Below are positions 1-11,519 of a stretch of DNA of 47,867 nt, in pieces. The DNA comes from Octopus sinensis. Taxonomy: Eukaryota. Position numbers and translations under genes: made by a program. The notes beneath the pieces are model-generated. The model was not told the DNA's origin. It saw only the letters and a program-made list of their open reading frames with translations, and did no database searches. Numbering within the stretch: position 1 is the first letter of the stretch; each line of letters begins with the position of its first letter. The stretch is from assembly GCF_006345805.1 (NCBI RefSeq), contig NW_021834507.1, positions 1 to 47,867 of the forward strand. Direction: 5' to 3'.

Positions 1-25
1 TGAAGACGATTTAGCTGTTATTTCT

Positions 26-82
26 AGTAAATGAACGATCTGTGTAAAGGGCTTTACATTTTAAGTGTTTTGGTTGTTTTTT
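26..82 (+). repeat. Left arm of a perfect 57-bp inverted repeat (partner 2343-2399)
   Basis: AGTAAATGAACG...GGTTGTTTTTT at 26-82 is the exact reverse complement of 2343-2399; both give the same ORF start MNDLCKGLYILSVLVVF. Confidence 0.9.
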
Positions 83-134
83 GGAATGTAAAACTTGTTT
101 GTGTTTCTAATAGATTTCTGGCAATGTGTAAACG

Positions 135-270
135 TATGTGTGTATGTGCGTGTGTATGTATGTATGTATGTATGTATGTATGTATGTATGTATGTATGTA
201 TGTATGTATGTATGTATGTATGTATGCATGCATGTATGTATGTATGTATGTATGTATATGTGTGTGTGTG
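135..270. repeat. (GTAT)n/(GT)n microsatellite
   Basis: Direct reading. Confidence 0.95.
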
Positions 271-1132
271 ATGTACTGAGAACTGGTGATTTTTGCTGTA
301 ATGGTAGTTGTGATGGTGGTAAGGAGGTGACGGCGAACGAAGAGCAAGCAGTAACCAAGGTAACAATTGTTAATGGAGAGAGGTGGCAATCGAGATAAGA
401 GAAGTGTCGATAAAACGATTCCCGGATGCAGAATCATACTTAGACGTACACATAGACATACGCACACAAGCACACAGAGTCACACATACAAACACACACA
501 TACACTCAGAATTGAACTGAAATCTCCCGTTATTTATCGTAGTGATGTTGTTAGAAGAGATGTTAGAGGACGACGCATCGGTTGTGGTAATGCTAAGGAA
601 ATGACGCTAAAGTATTTATATATATTTTTTATTGCTCTGAAATTTATATTTTATAAAATCTCGGATGATTTAACGCATAGGTTTTAGTGAAAACAATTGT
701 TGTCTGGAGCCATTACGAACGAAAATTTCAATTTTCAAACACTGATTTCTATTTCTTTCACACACACACACACACCACACACACACACACACATATAATA
801 TTATATATATATTATATAATGTATACATAATATTGTTCTGCAACGGTCTATGTAGGTAATGCTATAGCAATGGAAAGAAATCGGACACAAAATCTATTTT
901 ACACACAACATTTATATTATTGGAAATACTGATAAAACTATGGAACGAAATAGAAAACATAATCTCTTATAGATACAACATTTATATTACATTAAACACA
1001 GTTTGGAAAGAAATTAAGTTTCGTGAGTTTCTATGAAATGCTAGCAATTTTGTCGTTTTCTAAATAAACGAGAAAAGTTATTCCATTCGCCGCACGCACG
1101 TGTGTGTGTATGTATGTGAGTGTGTGTGTGTG

Positions 1133-1392
1133 TATCACAGTATCGACCAGACTACTGGCTAATATTATACATCGCTGGTTATAGTGCGCATCTCATTGTT
1201 TTAGCGTTCGAATGACGCCGTCCTGCTGGTTATGTGAGCAGGACAACATTTCCCCAGATATAAAAGCTTAACCATTTAAAGGGTTAACAATCTACAGGGC
1301 TAACCATTTACGGTTACGAGGAAAGGAACAACGTGAAGTGAAGCATTTTGCTCAGGAGGACAATACCCAACCAATGGGCAACGCGCCTTCAA
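1133..1392 (-). mobile_element. Degenerate SINE: CORE-like head remnant plus 3' tail shared with the SINE at 17578
   Basis: Reverse complement contains TCCTCCTGAGCAAAATGCTTCACTTCACGTTG (CORE-like) and the tail GGCGTCATTCGAACGCTAAAACAATG...CCAGCGATGT...GTCTGGTCG, which matches about 17805-17892. Confidence 0.65.
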
Positions 1393-1419
1393 GCGCACAC
1401 AAACACACATGTATACATG

Positions 1420-1501
<82 letters not shown>

Positions 1502-1658
1502 TTATATATAAGTTCAGCAACATTTAGATTCAGATGAATATGGTACTTAAGTTAAAGGCACCAGAATTGGTATGGGATTATCCATATAATTCAAAATGGG
1601 GTGATTATTATCAAAATAAGCAATAGGATATCCTTGGATATCCTTCTTGCTTATTTTG

Positions 1659-1706
<48 letters not shown>

Positions 1707-1924
1707 ATATATAATTTTTTTTAGAAAAACACAAATCCGGAGACAAGCACAGTCTAAGACGTAGAGCAGTCATATGTATACTGGTGAAGCTGATTTATAG
1801 CGTTTCTTGCCATACCTCTATGGCGTATCTTCACACCCTAAGATTACTTGGCCTGAGATCATAGGACAACAGGTCTTATATTCATACATATGTATATATA
1901 TATATATATATATATATGCTATAT

Positions 1925-2200
1925 GTTATCTCCGTTGAGATTGTCTCCAAGCGGTACCATTCTGACTTAAACTACATTATTTTCCCCAGGTGACGGCCAT
2001 CTCAGCCAATTATTCCGGTACAGTCCTTTATGACATCTCCACTGGTCTACCTATAGCTCTCCTTCCTTCAACTGTCCACTCGTTGGAACGCATGGTCCAG
2101 TAACTCCCATCGCCTAGTACAGATGGTGTCTTGCAGTTTAGTTAAACGGGCTCTTCTCATGATTTCATCCTTTGTGATGTGGTCACGCTTGGTGATCTTA
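1925..2200 (-). mobile_element. RTE-clade LINE 3' ORF fragment (decayed)
   Basis: Minus strand reads KITKRDHITKDEIMRRAR...LLDH, then WTVEGRRAIGRP in a shifted frame; this resembles the RTE C-terminal W-D-ITNEEVLRR and W-x-P-G-x-R-x-x-GRP motifs. Confidence 0.6.
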
Positions 2201-2342
2201 AAGCTTTTTTAATTCACCAATGAAAAAACATTCTCTGTATTCCAGACCCTGTCCGTCTCCCTCCATGTTCCGCTTGCACAGAATGTCGTTGGAATGACGA
2301 TAAATGAATGGTGAATGGAAGCGCATGGCCATATTGATCTAG

Positions 2343-2399
2343 AAAAAACAACCAAAACACTTAAAATGTAAAGCCCTTTACACAGATCGTTCATTTACT
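2343..2399 (-). repeat. Right arm of the perfect 57-bp inverted repeat
   Basis: Exact reverse complement of 26-82. Confidence 0.9.
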
Positions 2400-3099
2400 G
2401 CAATCGCTTTTCCTTGTCTAGTCTTGACATCAGTTTTTGCTTTTCTATTTCTCTCACTGTTACAGATTAGGTATCTAAACAAATTGACAAGTCCAATATT
2501 CGTCCATCATGGTTGATGAGTTTTGGTTAATTTTCGCATATGTATAAGGTTTTTGTTTTTGGCAAATGACACAGAGACCAAGTCGGGAGATAATTTTACA
2601 AAGGCTTGCACGATTTTAGGGATATCACTGAACGGATCAATATTGCCTAGAAAGTCAAGATCTGTGTTTCTAGCTGGTCCCTCAAATCGGTTTATTCATA
2701 GACTGTCATAATTAAGACGCCCTCTAACGGGGATAGAATATATCCTTGACGCACTTCTGTGAAAAATATGGTAGTAGTTTACGGTTTAGGTTCTGACTCA
2801 GCTACTGAAACTTCCGGTGGGGCGAATCTCATCGTAGAACAAATACTCACCCAACATAAAAGTATGGAATAAAATCGGAAACCTTAGAAATCGTTCATCG
2901 TCAACGTTATCAATTAAAAAAAAAGTCTCCGATTATTTCAGTCACGAGTCCTGTGGAGAATTAACGAGCTTTATGAAGTTCCATCGAAGTTTATCAATAC
3001 CATGCGCTCGCTCTACCGGAAGACTTCTTGCTGTATAAGAAGCAACACGGAAATACTACTGCCGTATTCGACATTGGACATACATACATGATTGTAAAT

Positions 3100-3144
3100 G
3101 TGTGTGTGTATATATATATATATCTTATATATATAATATATATA

Positions 3145-3193
<49 letters not shown>

Positions 3194-3470
3194 ATATACA
3201 TATATACACATACGCATAAACACACACACACGCACCCATATATACTTATGTGTGTATATATATATGCATGTATATATTTAGTACATATATACATATGTAT
3301 ACAGCATACATACATATGTATACAGCATACATACATATATATATATATATATATAATATATATATATAAGCACACACATACACACAAATACACACACATA
3401 TATTTATATAAATATATGCATGTATTTTACTTATATGCATATATACATATATATGAATATATACATACAT
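3100..3470. repeat. Compound (TA)n/(CA)n/(CATA)n microsatellite
   Basis: Direct reading. Confidence 0.95.
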
Positions 3471-3472
3471 TA

Positions 3473-3705
3473 AGGCGGCGAGCTGGCAGAAACGTTAGCA
3501 CGCCAAGCGAAATGCTTAGCGGTATTTCGTCTGCCGCTACGTTCTGAGTTCAGATTCTGCCGAGGTCGACTTTGCCTTTCATCCTTTCGGGGTCGATAAA
3601 TTAAGTACCAGTTACGCTCTGGGGTCGATGTAATCGACTTAATCCCTTTGTCTATCCTTGTTTGTCCCCTCTATGTTTAGCCCCTTGTGGACAATAAAGA
3701 AATAA
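3473..3705 (+). mobile_element. tRNA-derived SINE family 2 (GGCGGCGAGCTGGCAGAAACG head), full-length left monomer
   Basis: A-box-like GAGCTGGCAGAA, B-box-like GTTCAGATTC, core GCCTTTCATCCTTTCGGGGTCGATAAATTAAGTACC; near-identical antisense copy at 34512-34745. Confidence 0.9.
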
Positions 3706-3904
3706 GAAACGTCAGCACGCCAGGCGAAATGCTTAGTAGTCTTTCGTCTGTGTTTAAGTTCTGAGTTAAAATCTTTCCCAGGTAGACTTTGCCTTTCATC
3801 CTTTCGGGGTCATTAAGTGAAGTACCAGTTGCGTCCTGAGGTCGATCTCATCGACTGATCCCTCCCCCAAAATATCGGGCCTTTTGCCTAGAGTGGAAAA
3901 TAAT
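3706..3904 (+). mobile_element. SINE family 2, headless right monomer with alternative tail
   Basis: Restarts at GAAACGTCAGCACGCC, has the same core, and ends GGGCCTTTTGCCTAGAGTGGAAAA like 31540-31716. Confidence 0.85.
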
Positions 3905-3944
3905 ATATACATATAATTATATATATATTTTTTTTTATTCCTTT

Positions 3945-4080
3945 TACTTGTTTTAGTCATTAGACGGTGGCCATTCCGGGAACCAGCTTGAGGGCTTAGT
4001 TTGGTATTTATTTTATCAGGAACTTTTATCGATCTGCTAGTTACAGCGACGTAAATAAACAGCACCGGTTCCCAAGCGAG
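3945..4080 (-). mobile_element. Degenerate 3' half of SINE family 1
   Basis: TTTTACTTGTTTTAGTCATTAGACGGTGGCCAT resembles the family-1 tail seen at 27540 and 31815. Confidence 0.55.
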
Positions 4081-4290
4081 GGTAGAACAACCAAGCTTTT
4101 ACATGGTTCTTTTGACAATCTTTTTCTAAAAAGTGAAACCGGTAAAGTAAATAAACTTCTTTTAAAATTGCATTTTCAAACCTTCTTTCATATATAATTC
4201 CACTCGTGCGGTACCTTACAACTCCACTTTGTTATATATATATATACACACACTTGATATAATATGATTCTTTGTATGTATGTATGTATG

Positions 4291-4321
<31 letters not shown>

Positions 4322-5140
4322 TTATATGTATCTATCTATCTATCTATCTATACATGTGGCGAAGATGCAAATGCACGCATACATGTGTGTGTGTGTGTGG
4401 GGGGGGGGGGCGCGGTGCGTGTGTTTCAGAAAGCATATTCAAAGAAAAAGCAAGATATTCATTAATAGTTATAATAATTCTGAAGAAAAAAAACCCCAGT
4501 CATCGTTATCCGTGTTAGAAAGTACAAGTTACGCTGAGAGAAAAGCACGAGTAAAGGTAAGAGTGAGAGAGAGTGAGAGAGGGAGAGAGAGAGAGAGAGG
4601 GAGAAAAACAAGCATAGAACCTAAAATATAAAAAAATGACAAATGGAGATAAAGATAATCATCACAAGCGCCAAGTCAACAATAACTATGGAACAAAAAA
4701 ACAGACGAAGCTATAAAAGGATTTCTATTATCGAAAAATAGAGATAAACAAACTCACCACTATGACGGCTACGTTGTGCGGTGTGGTTGTTGTTTTTTTT
4801 ATTTAAAAATTTTTCAATGAACGTGATGCACTAAATTATATTACAAGATGAAACCTTAACAGTTAAGAACTGGGGGAAAAATATATATATTATTTCGATA
4901 TTATGTTATGACGGGTTATCATCATCATCATTATCATCATCGTCATCATCGTCATCATCTGTATCACGCATATGTATAATGCTTATAACACTATTTGTTT
5001 CTCTTTTTCCTTTCTTTATCAATAGTTTTTTGTAATTTGTCTCTCTAAATAACCCCTCTTTAGTTGTCCACATTGTAACAACGACAGCAACAACAGCAGC
5101 AACAACAACAACAACAACAACAACAACAACCACAGTTTTG

Positions 5141-5256
5141 AATTTATCGACCCCGAAAGGATGACAGGCAAAGTCAACCTCAGCGGAATTTGAACTCAGA
5201 ATGTGAAGGCGGACGAAATGCCGCCAAGCATTTTGTCCGGTTTGCTAACGATTCTG
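5141..5256 (-). mobile_element. SINE family 2 fragment
   Basis: AATTTATCGACCCCGAAAGGATGACAGGCAAAGTCAACCTCAGCGGAATTTGAACTCAGAA is the antisense core. Confidence 0.85.
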
Positions 5257-5270
5257 TTATTTTGCTGCCT

Positions 5271-5355
5271 TAATAATAATAATATAATAATAATAATAAT
5301 ATAATAATAATATAATAATAATAATGATATAATAATAATAATGATGATGATGATA

Positions 5356-5390
<35 letters not shown>

Positions 5391-5394
5391 AATA

Positions 5395-5430
<36 letters not shown>

Positions 5431-5440
5431 TAATAATAAT
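5271..5440 (+). repeat. (TAA)n/(TGA)n microsatellite upstream of an R4/Dong fragment
   Basis: Direct reading. Confidence 0.95.
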
Positions 5441-5966
5441 GACAGAAAGATAGATCCGAATAGGCCATACATCATATTGAAAGACTTGAGACAAAAATCT
5501 TGCCTCCTCATTGATATGACTGTCCCAATCGATATAAACGTATCTGCCAAGACCTACCAAAAACTGAGCAAATATAAAGATCTTGAAATAGAAATTGGCA
5601 AAATATGGAACCTGAAGAATAAAACAATACCTGTTGTCATAGATGCCCTGGGATTGATAGCAAAAGGGGATGATTGCTACCTAACTCAGATACCAGGAAA
5701 CCCCAAAATGGCAGAAATTCAAAAGATAGTGCTCATGGGAACTGCTCATATCCTACGCAAAATAATTTCTTTGTAATCTCAAGTTTTAAAACAAACATAA
5801 TTTTCGTATGGTTTTTCAGGCATTCACTAGTACAACACTAAGTACAAAACCAAATATATGACACCCCAGGCATAACACCAACATGAACTTCTAACCTGTT
5901 GTCTCTTGAGGTATCTGGGTGAGCTTGGAGTCAACTTGTACAAATACAAAGCAAAAGTCAAACATA
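5441..5966 (+). mobile_element. 5'-truncated R4/Dong-type non-LTR retrotransposon (REL endonuclease C-terminus plus 3' UTR)
   Basis: Open frame DRKIDPNRPYIILKD...LLIDMTVP...KLSKYKDLEIE...PVVIDALG...IVLMGTAHILRK with stop at 5776, then about 190 bp of UTR, bounded by (TAA)n on both sides. Confidence 0.85.
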
Positions 5967-5986
5967 TAATAATAATAATAATAATA

Positions 5987-6040
<54 letters not shown>

Positions 6041-6046
6041 AATAAT

Positions 6047-6556
6047 ACAGTACATACAGACCGAACCATCAAGGCCAATAAACCAGATATTGTTGTGAAA
6101 GACCAAAACAATAAGTTTGATTATTGATCGACATGAGCATCCCCTGTGATCATAATATCTCAGCGAAGAGTTTGACAAGCTCAGAAAATATAAGACCTAC
6201 TCATTGAAATTGAGAAAATTGGCACCTCAAGGCGGTTACAATACCAGTGATCGTAGGAGCACTAGGAATGATCAAGAAGGAACCGAAAATTAGATGAGAA
6301 TGATCCTTGGCTTACCATCCCTGCAAGAAGTGCAAAAGATTGTCTTAACTGGTACATCACACGTATTGAGAAGAGCATTGTCGATGTGAGAACTGTTGCT
6401 GCTCATGTATTTTAATTTAACTTTAAAAAAAAAAAATGAACGAACTATTGAGTTTGGTTTAATGGCCTACCAATGTATACTATGAGTTTCTTTGCCCTAG
6501 GAGTCGGGAAGACACTCGGCAAGAAATGGAAGCAAATTTGAAAGAAGAAAAAGAGA

Positions 6557-6557
<1 letters not shown>
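6047..6557 (+). mobile_element. Second 5'-truncated R4/Dong-type fragment (frameshifted) plus 3' UTR
   Basis: VHTDRTIKANKPDIVVKD...IPVIVGALGMIKK...VQKIVLTGTSHVLRRALSM*; flanked by (TAA)n at 5967-6046 and 6558-6597. Confidence 0.85.
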
Positions 6558-6597
<40 letters not shown>

Positions 6598-6598
<1 letters not shown>

Positions 6599-6745
6599 GG
6601 AAGGAGTGAAACCGCCCAGGTGTTGATAGTTTCGATCTTATTCTGTCCGTTTAATTTCGACTTAAGGATCAGTCTCAGTCTGCCCAAGTACGCCACCTTA
6701 AATTTTTCTGTCATTTCTTTCTCCAACAATTTATCCATTTCCAAA
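6598..6745 (-). mobile_element. R4/Dong post-RT segment, inverted
   Basis: LEMDKLLEKEMTEKFKVAYLGRLRLILKSKLNGQNKIETINTWAVSLL matches the R4-clade Y-R-R-ILKS-LNG-NKI-AINTWAV motif. Confidence 0.8.
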
Positions 6746-7069
6746 AGGAATATAAGAGACGCCATGACAATATAGCCACGCTTGTCCATTGGTCATTTTG
6801 CAACAAGTATGGACTTGACAGAGCAAAAAATTGGTACAACCACAAACCTGAAGGCATCATCGAAAATGATTATACAATGATCCTGTGGGATTTTATGATT
6901 CAGTGCGACCATGAGATAGAAAATAGGAAGCCAGACATAGTTTTAATTGAGAAAGAAAGCAGACTATGCTGGATCATAGATATAGCAAGCCCGCTGACAA
7001 CAAGGTATGCGATAAGGAAGAAAGAAAAGTCGATAGATATGACAGATTAGCTTGGGAAGTTAAGCAGTT
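6742..7069 (+). mobile_element. R4/Dong segment from RHD motif into the REL domain
   Basis: QKEYKRRHDNIATLVHW...WYNHKPEGIIEN...ILWDFMIQCDHEIENRKPDIVLIEK...WIIDIASP...YDRLAWEVKQ (one frameshift). Confidence 0.85.
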
Positions 7070-8452
7070 TAAACAATATATAAATCACACGAAATAGTAA
7101 AATTTCATATATGACACGATACAGCAAATGGAATTGTTCAAGTTTTGGTTTGTTCAAATCATAATTCATTATGTCAATATACAGAAAGAAAATTCCAGAT
7201 AATCCATTTCGTAATACATGTGAAAGTTTATGTGACTTATTGAAATAGCCCCATTCAGATCAATTAAAGAAATGACACATCTTCACTAGATAATGTAAAG
7301 GGGTCTCGCAGAATACTGCCAAATACCGATACTTTTATTTATGGACACCGGAAGTTTGTAAGGCGTTCTGTTTGGCAATCTAACAATTTTGTCAATTCAC
7401 ACATATTCACACACATACGCGCCTGCATTGTTTATAATGAAAAAGAGAAGTTCTTACAATGTTTTGTTTTACTAAATTATATCTATATTAAATTTTTTCG
7501 ACTGTTCTTGCTTGCCGTTATTTCAAGTTTCCCGTTGATACCATCGCAGGTATTTACTTCATAAACAAATTTTAGCTATCCAAAATGGTGACAAAACCTC
7601 ATTATTTTACTTATTAAGAAAACCGTGCGAATCATTCGAAAGTCGTTGTATTGCGAATTGAGAAAAAATTTCCTTAAACAGAGGTCAAATTTGATAAAAG
7701 AATAAACTGCCTGATTTTATGCAAAAAAAAAAAAAATTAATCTTCACTTGATATGACAGTCACATGTTTGAATTCCCATGGTGCACGTCAGAATATTTCT
7801 TTCCTCGTGAGGATGGAGAGCGACTGTACGTAACTTGTTAGTTGGGGTTAATATTTCGACTTGCCTTTAATTCTTGACCCGAACGAATGACTGCAATACG
7901 TAAGTCTAGCCTTAAATGTGTTTGCGATCAAGTTGATATACGGTTTTACTATATAGTCCCTTGAGTTTCTATCAGCTCTTTGTAATACTTCTTTAAAGGA
8001 ATTTCCTCTTCGGGGGGAAAAAGTATTTGGCAGAGCTATTGTTCTTAGATCGGGGAGGTTGGCGACTGTTTTAGAGATTTGTAATCTAATTTTGCCCTCT
8101 ACTACCGTAGTTACCCTTTCTGCAATATATATTGAAATATCCGTGTGAAGAGAACGTTTTAATATCATCTTAGATAAAGGGAACTATTTCAGTAGAGTGC
8201 AGATCAATCATAACGCATGATTGATCATGCCAACGTGAAACTTAAAGTAACGACAAATAGTGTCTACAAATATACGAACAGACAGACAGACACCCACCCA
8301 CGTGTGTGTGTGTGTGCGTGCGAATACTATATATATGTATATATATATATATATGTATATATGTGTGTGTGTGTGCGTGCGTGAATACTATACATATATA
8401 TATATATATACTTCGAAAGGGATGCGTGGCGTTCAATCATATAATAATATAA

Positions 8453-8498
<46 letters not shown>

Positions 8499-8539
8499 TG
8501 TACACACACACACACACAGACACACATATATAGGTATAG

Positions 8540-8690
8540 GACGTCTCCAACAGTAAACAATATGAAATACGAAAACAAATGGGTTCAATAGGCAAACAAC
8601 GAGAAACAAGTGGAAAACAGGACAAGTGACGCAAAGAACGACCCTTCATTAGTTGTCGGCTGTCTATCTACTCCTCATTTGGAGCATAAA
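8540..8690 (-). mobile_element. Probable Penelope-like element terminal-repeat remnant
   Basis: Antisense contains a decayed hammerhead-like core CTAATGAAGGG followed by the pyrimidine-rich GTT/CTT tail seen in the other remnants in this window. Confidence 0.4.
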
Positions 8691-8723
8691 TATATGTATG
8701 TGTGCGTACGTGTTTGTGTGTGT

Positions 8724-8759
<36 letters not shown>

Positions 8760-8846
8760 TTGAGTAGTTGAATGAATTATCTTGTTATGGATAATTCGGT
8801 TAACCGATACCTGGGTAGCAAATTCACTCGTCGTTCAACTCCATTC

Positions 8847-8894
<48 letters not shown>

Positions 8895-9514
8895 GTACAT
8901 TTTAGATACACTTATACGCACCTGCATATACAAAAAAATAATAAATTAGCGAATATGTTTTGTCAAACATAAAACTTAATATAATACTTTTCTTCCAAGG
9001 AAACAATTATAGCAGTTAAACAAAAACACTTATGATATACTAAGGTATAAATTCTAAACATAAAAAAATTATTGTTTTCAACAGAAACATGGACATTTAG
9101 CAGGGGGGAAAAAACCGCCGAAACTTAGATAGAAGTCTACAAAAAGGAACAAAACATTCTATTATAAAGCAATGCTAAAGCTAGAGCCAAAGAAAGCCTT
9201 ATAAATATGAAACAAAGATAAACAGTTTGAAACTAAACTGAAACGTAAAAAAACATGGCAATAGAATTTGCTATCGTCTACCTTGGAACGAAAAATACAA
9301 ATTAAACTGATAGAATGGGTGAAATAAAAATCACCAATGGAAATACATAAAACAATAAAATAAAATGAAGTGAAATGGTTTTTCTTTTGTTATGCTTTCA
9401 TTTGAAAATGAATATTTCGAATGAAAACCAGTAGAATTTTCGAAGACCTACTTAAGCGTATTGAAAAAACATATACAGGAATTTGATATCTATTAGAAAT
9501 TCTATAAACATAAA

Positions 9515-9550
9515 ACCCCTCTCTCTCTCTCTCTCTCTCCTCTCTCTCCT

Positions 9551-9585
<35 letters not shown>

Positions 9586-9651
9586 TACACACACGCGTGT
9601 GTGAGTTTGTGTGTATGTATGTATGTATTTATGCATGCATGTATGTATGTA

Positions 9652-9695
<44 letters not shown>

Positions 9696-9795
9696 TGCCA
9701 TTTATTTATCCACACAATACGCACATATATATATAATGATACTTATATATACAAATATATCTGTATATATCTCTTTCCCTCACAATGAATGAACT

Positions 9796-9833
<38 letters not shown>

Positions 9834-9851
9834 CAATCTCTCTGTCTGTCC

Positions 9852-9894
<43 letters not shown>

Positions 9895-9916
9895 CTATCA
9901 TCTATCTATCTATCTA

Positions 9917-9957
<41 letters not shown>

Positions 9958-9985
9958 GTCTGTCTGTCTGTCTGTCTGTCTGTCA
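9515..9985. repeat. Compound microsatellite: (CT)n, (GTAT)n, (TA)n, (CAAT)n, (CTAT)n, (CTGT)n
   Basis: Direct reading. Confidence 0.95.
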
Positions 9986-10069
9986 TATCGAGAGAAACCT
10001 TACAGTAACATTGAAAACTTTTACCTCTTACAGCCAGTGAGAGAGCTTGGAACATGGTAATTCATCCTG

Positions 10070-10325
10070 TTAGAAATAGCGACCAAATCCCAAATTAGGA
10101 ACTGCTATAGAAGAATCCTCTAATCGGTCACTGGACTTGCTAGTGATGGCTGCTAATACTACCTCAACTCAAACTCTGTCTTATAAAAAATGAGAAAGAC
10201 GCACTGGATAGTGTAGACCTTGAGAGTTTGTCTCTGAAATGTAAGTGTGATAGTGACTATGTCTATCTAGGATTCCAGTTCCACTGGATCAGTGCCGATC
10301 TGTGCCTACAACAAGAACAACTACA
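10070..10325 (+). mobile_element. Degenerate interspersed repeat with a (CAA)n-like tail (related pieces near 1-30, 12400-12560, 13320-13920)
   Basis: Recurring TAGAAATAGC(A/G)GCCAAAT motif and GGCTAAACAACAAC-type tails. Confidence 0.45.
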
Positions 10326-10695
10326 AATAATAAAATTGATTTATCTGAGCACGGAAATTATAAGATTGTGATTTGTCGAACAAAGAATTTAATTGTCCAT
10401 TAGTTCTTATGCCTACTAATGAATCTTTTCTCCTGAAGAGAACCTCGGTGGACGTTTGTAATCTGGCGTTCATTTCTCACCGATTCATAGACAAAAAACC
10501 CCCCAAAAACAAAAAAAATTGAAACTCAGCCGATAAACTCAACGAACTAATTACCAACGATACAGCAATATACTTGAACCATAGAAGAAGTTTTGATGTC
10601 TCTAACGTAAACCCAGTTTGAAACTAAGAAACAGTTACATACTGCACGAATGCTTTAACTATCAGCCAAATAATGTCCACAGAACTTTAATATCA

Positions 10696-10866
10696 AGCGC
10701 AGGAGTGGCTGTGTGGTAAGTAGCTTGTTTACCAACCACATGGTTCTGGGTTCAGTCCCACTGCGTGGCACCTTGGGCAGGTGTCTTCTACTATAGCCTC
10801 GGGCCGACCAAAGCCTTGTGAGTGGATTTGGTAGACGGAAACTGAAAGAAGCCCGTCGTATATATG

Positions 10867-10910
<44 letters not shown>

Positions 10911-11113
10911 TGTGTTTGTCCCTCTAGCATTGCTTGACAACCGATGCTGGTGTGTTTATGTCCTCGTTACTTAGCGGTTCGGCAAAAGAGACCGATAGAA
11001 TAAGTACTGGGCTTACAAAAGAATAAGTCCCGGGATCGAGTTGCTCGATTAAAGGCGGTGCTCCAGCATGGCCGCAGTCAAATGAGTGAAACAAGTAAAA
11101 GAGTAAAAGAGTA
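10696..11113 (+). mobile_element. tRNA/CORE-type SINE family 1, full length, with internal microsatellite
   Basis: A box GTGGCTGTGTGGT, B box GGTTCAGTCCC, CORE-like GGCACCTTGGGCAGGTGTCTT, internal (TA)(TG)n, tail GAAACAAGTAAAAGA(GTAAAAGA)n; at least three more full copies in the window. Confidence 0.9.
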
Positions 11114-11519
11114 ACCCCTTTAGTGTCTACGTTTTTCCAGTCGGAATCAGCCTGCAAAAAGGTCCACCCCGTCTGGGACAGTGTCAAAATTAGGAGCACT
11201 TCTACAGCTCTCCTCACCGAAAATATCACGAAATCACAGCAATTTTAGCGTCGTGATAGAAATTTCTAGGTAGGCAGTTGACGATCATGTTGCATCAGTT
11301 CAATTAGACGATCATATATTTCAACCGAGACAAATAATTATTTTATTGGGTTGAGGAAGAATTCATGAGCGTTTCTTTTTCCCCTTCTCAAATTTAAAAA
11401 TGCCCGCAGAAATAAAACGCATTGGCAAAATGTTTTATTTGAAAGAGAATGTCTTGCTCTACAAAATAGTGTGTTTTGATTTTTTAATTTTATTGAGATT
11501 TGTGTATTTTAGATCATTA

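Noticed and set aside
2530-2760. EVRQGYILSP (RT-motif-like) and a protein-like frame DLDFLGNIDPFSDIPKIVQAF on the minus strand
   Set aside because: The motif is isolated and in a different frame, stops occur in all frames, and no further RT motifs follow; cannot be supported without a search.
5271-6597. Repeat-spacer pattern superficially like a CRISPR array
   Set aside because: The repeats are variable-length (TAA)n, the spacers are retrotransposon 3' ends, the DNA is eukaryotic and there are no cas genes.
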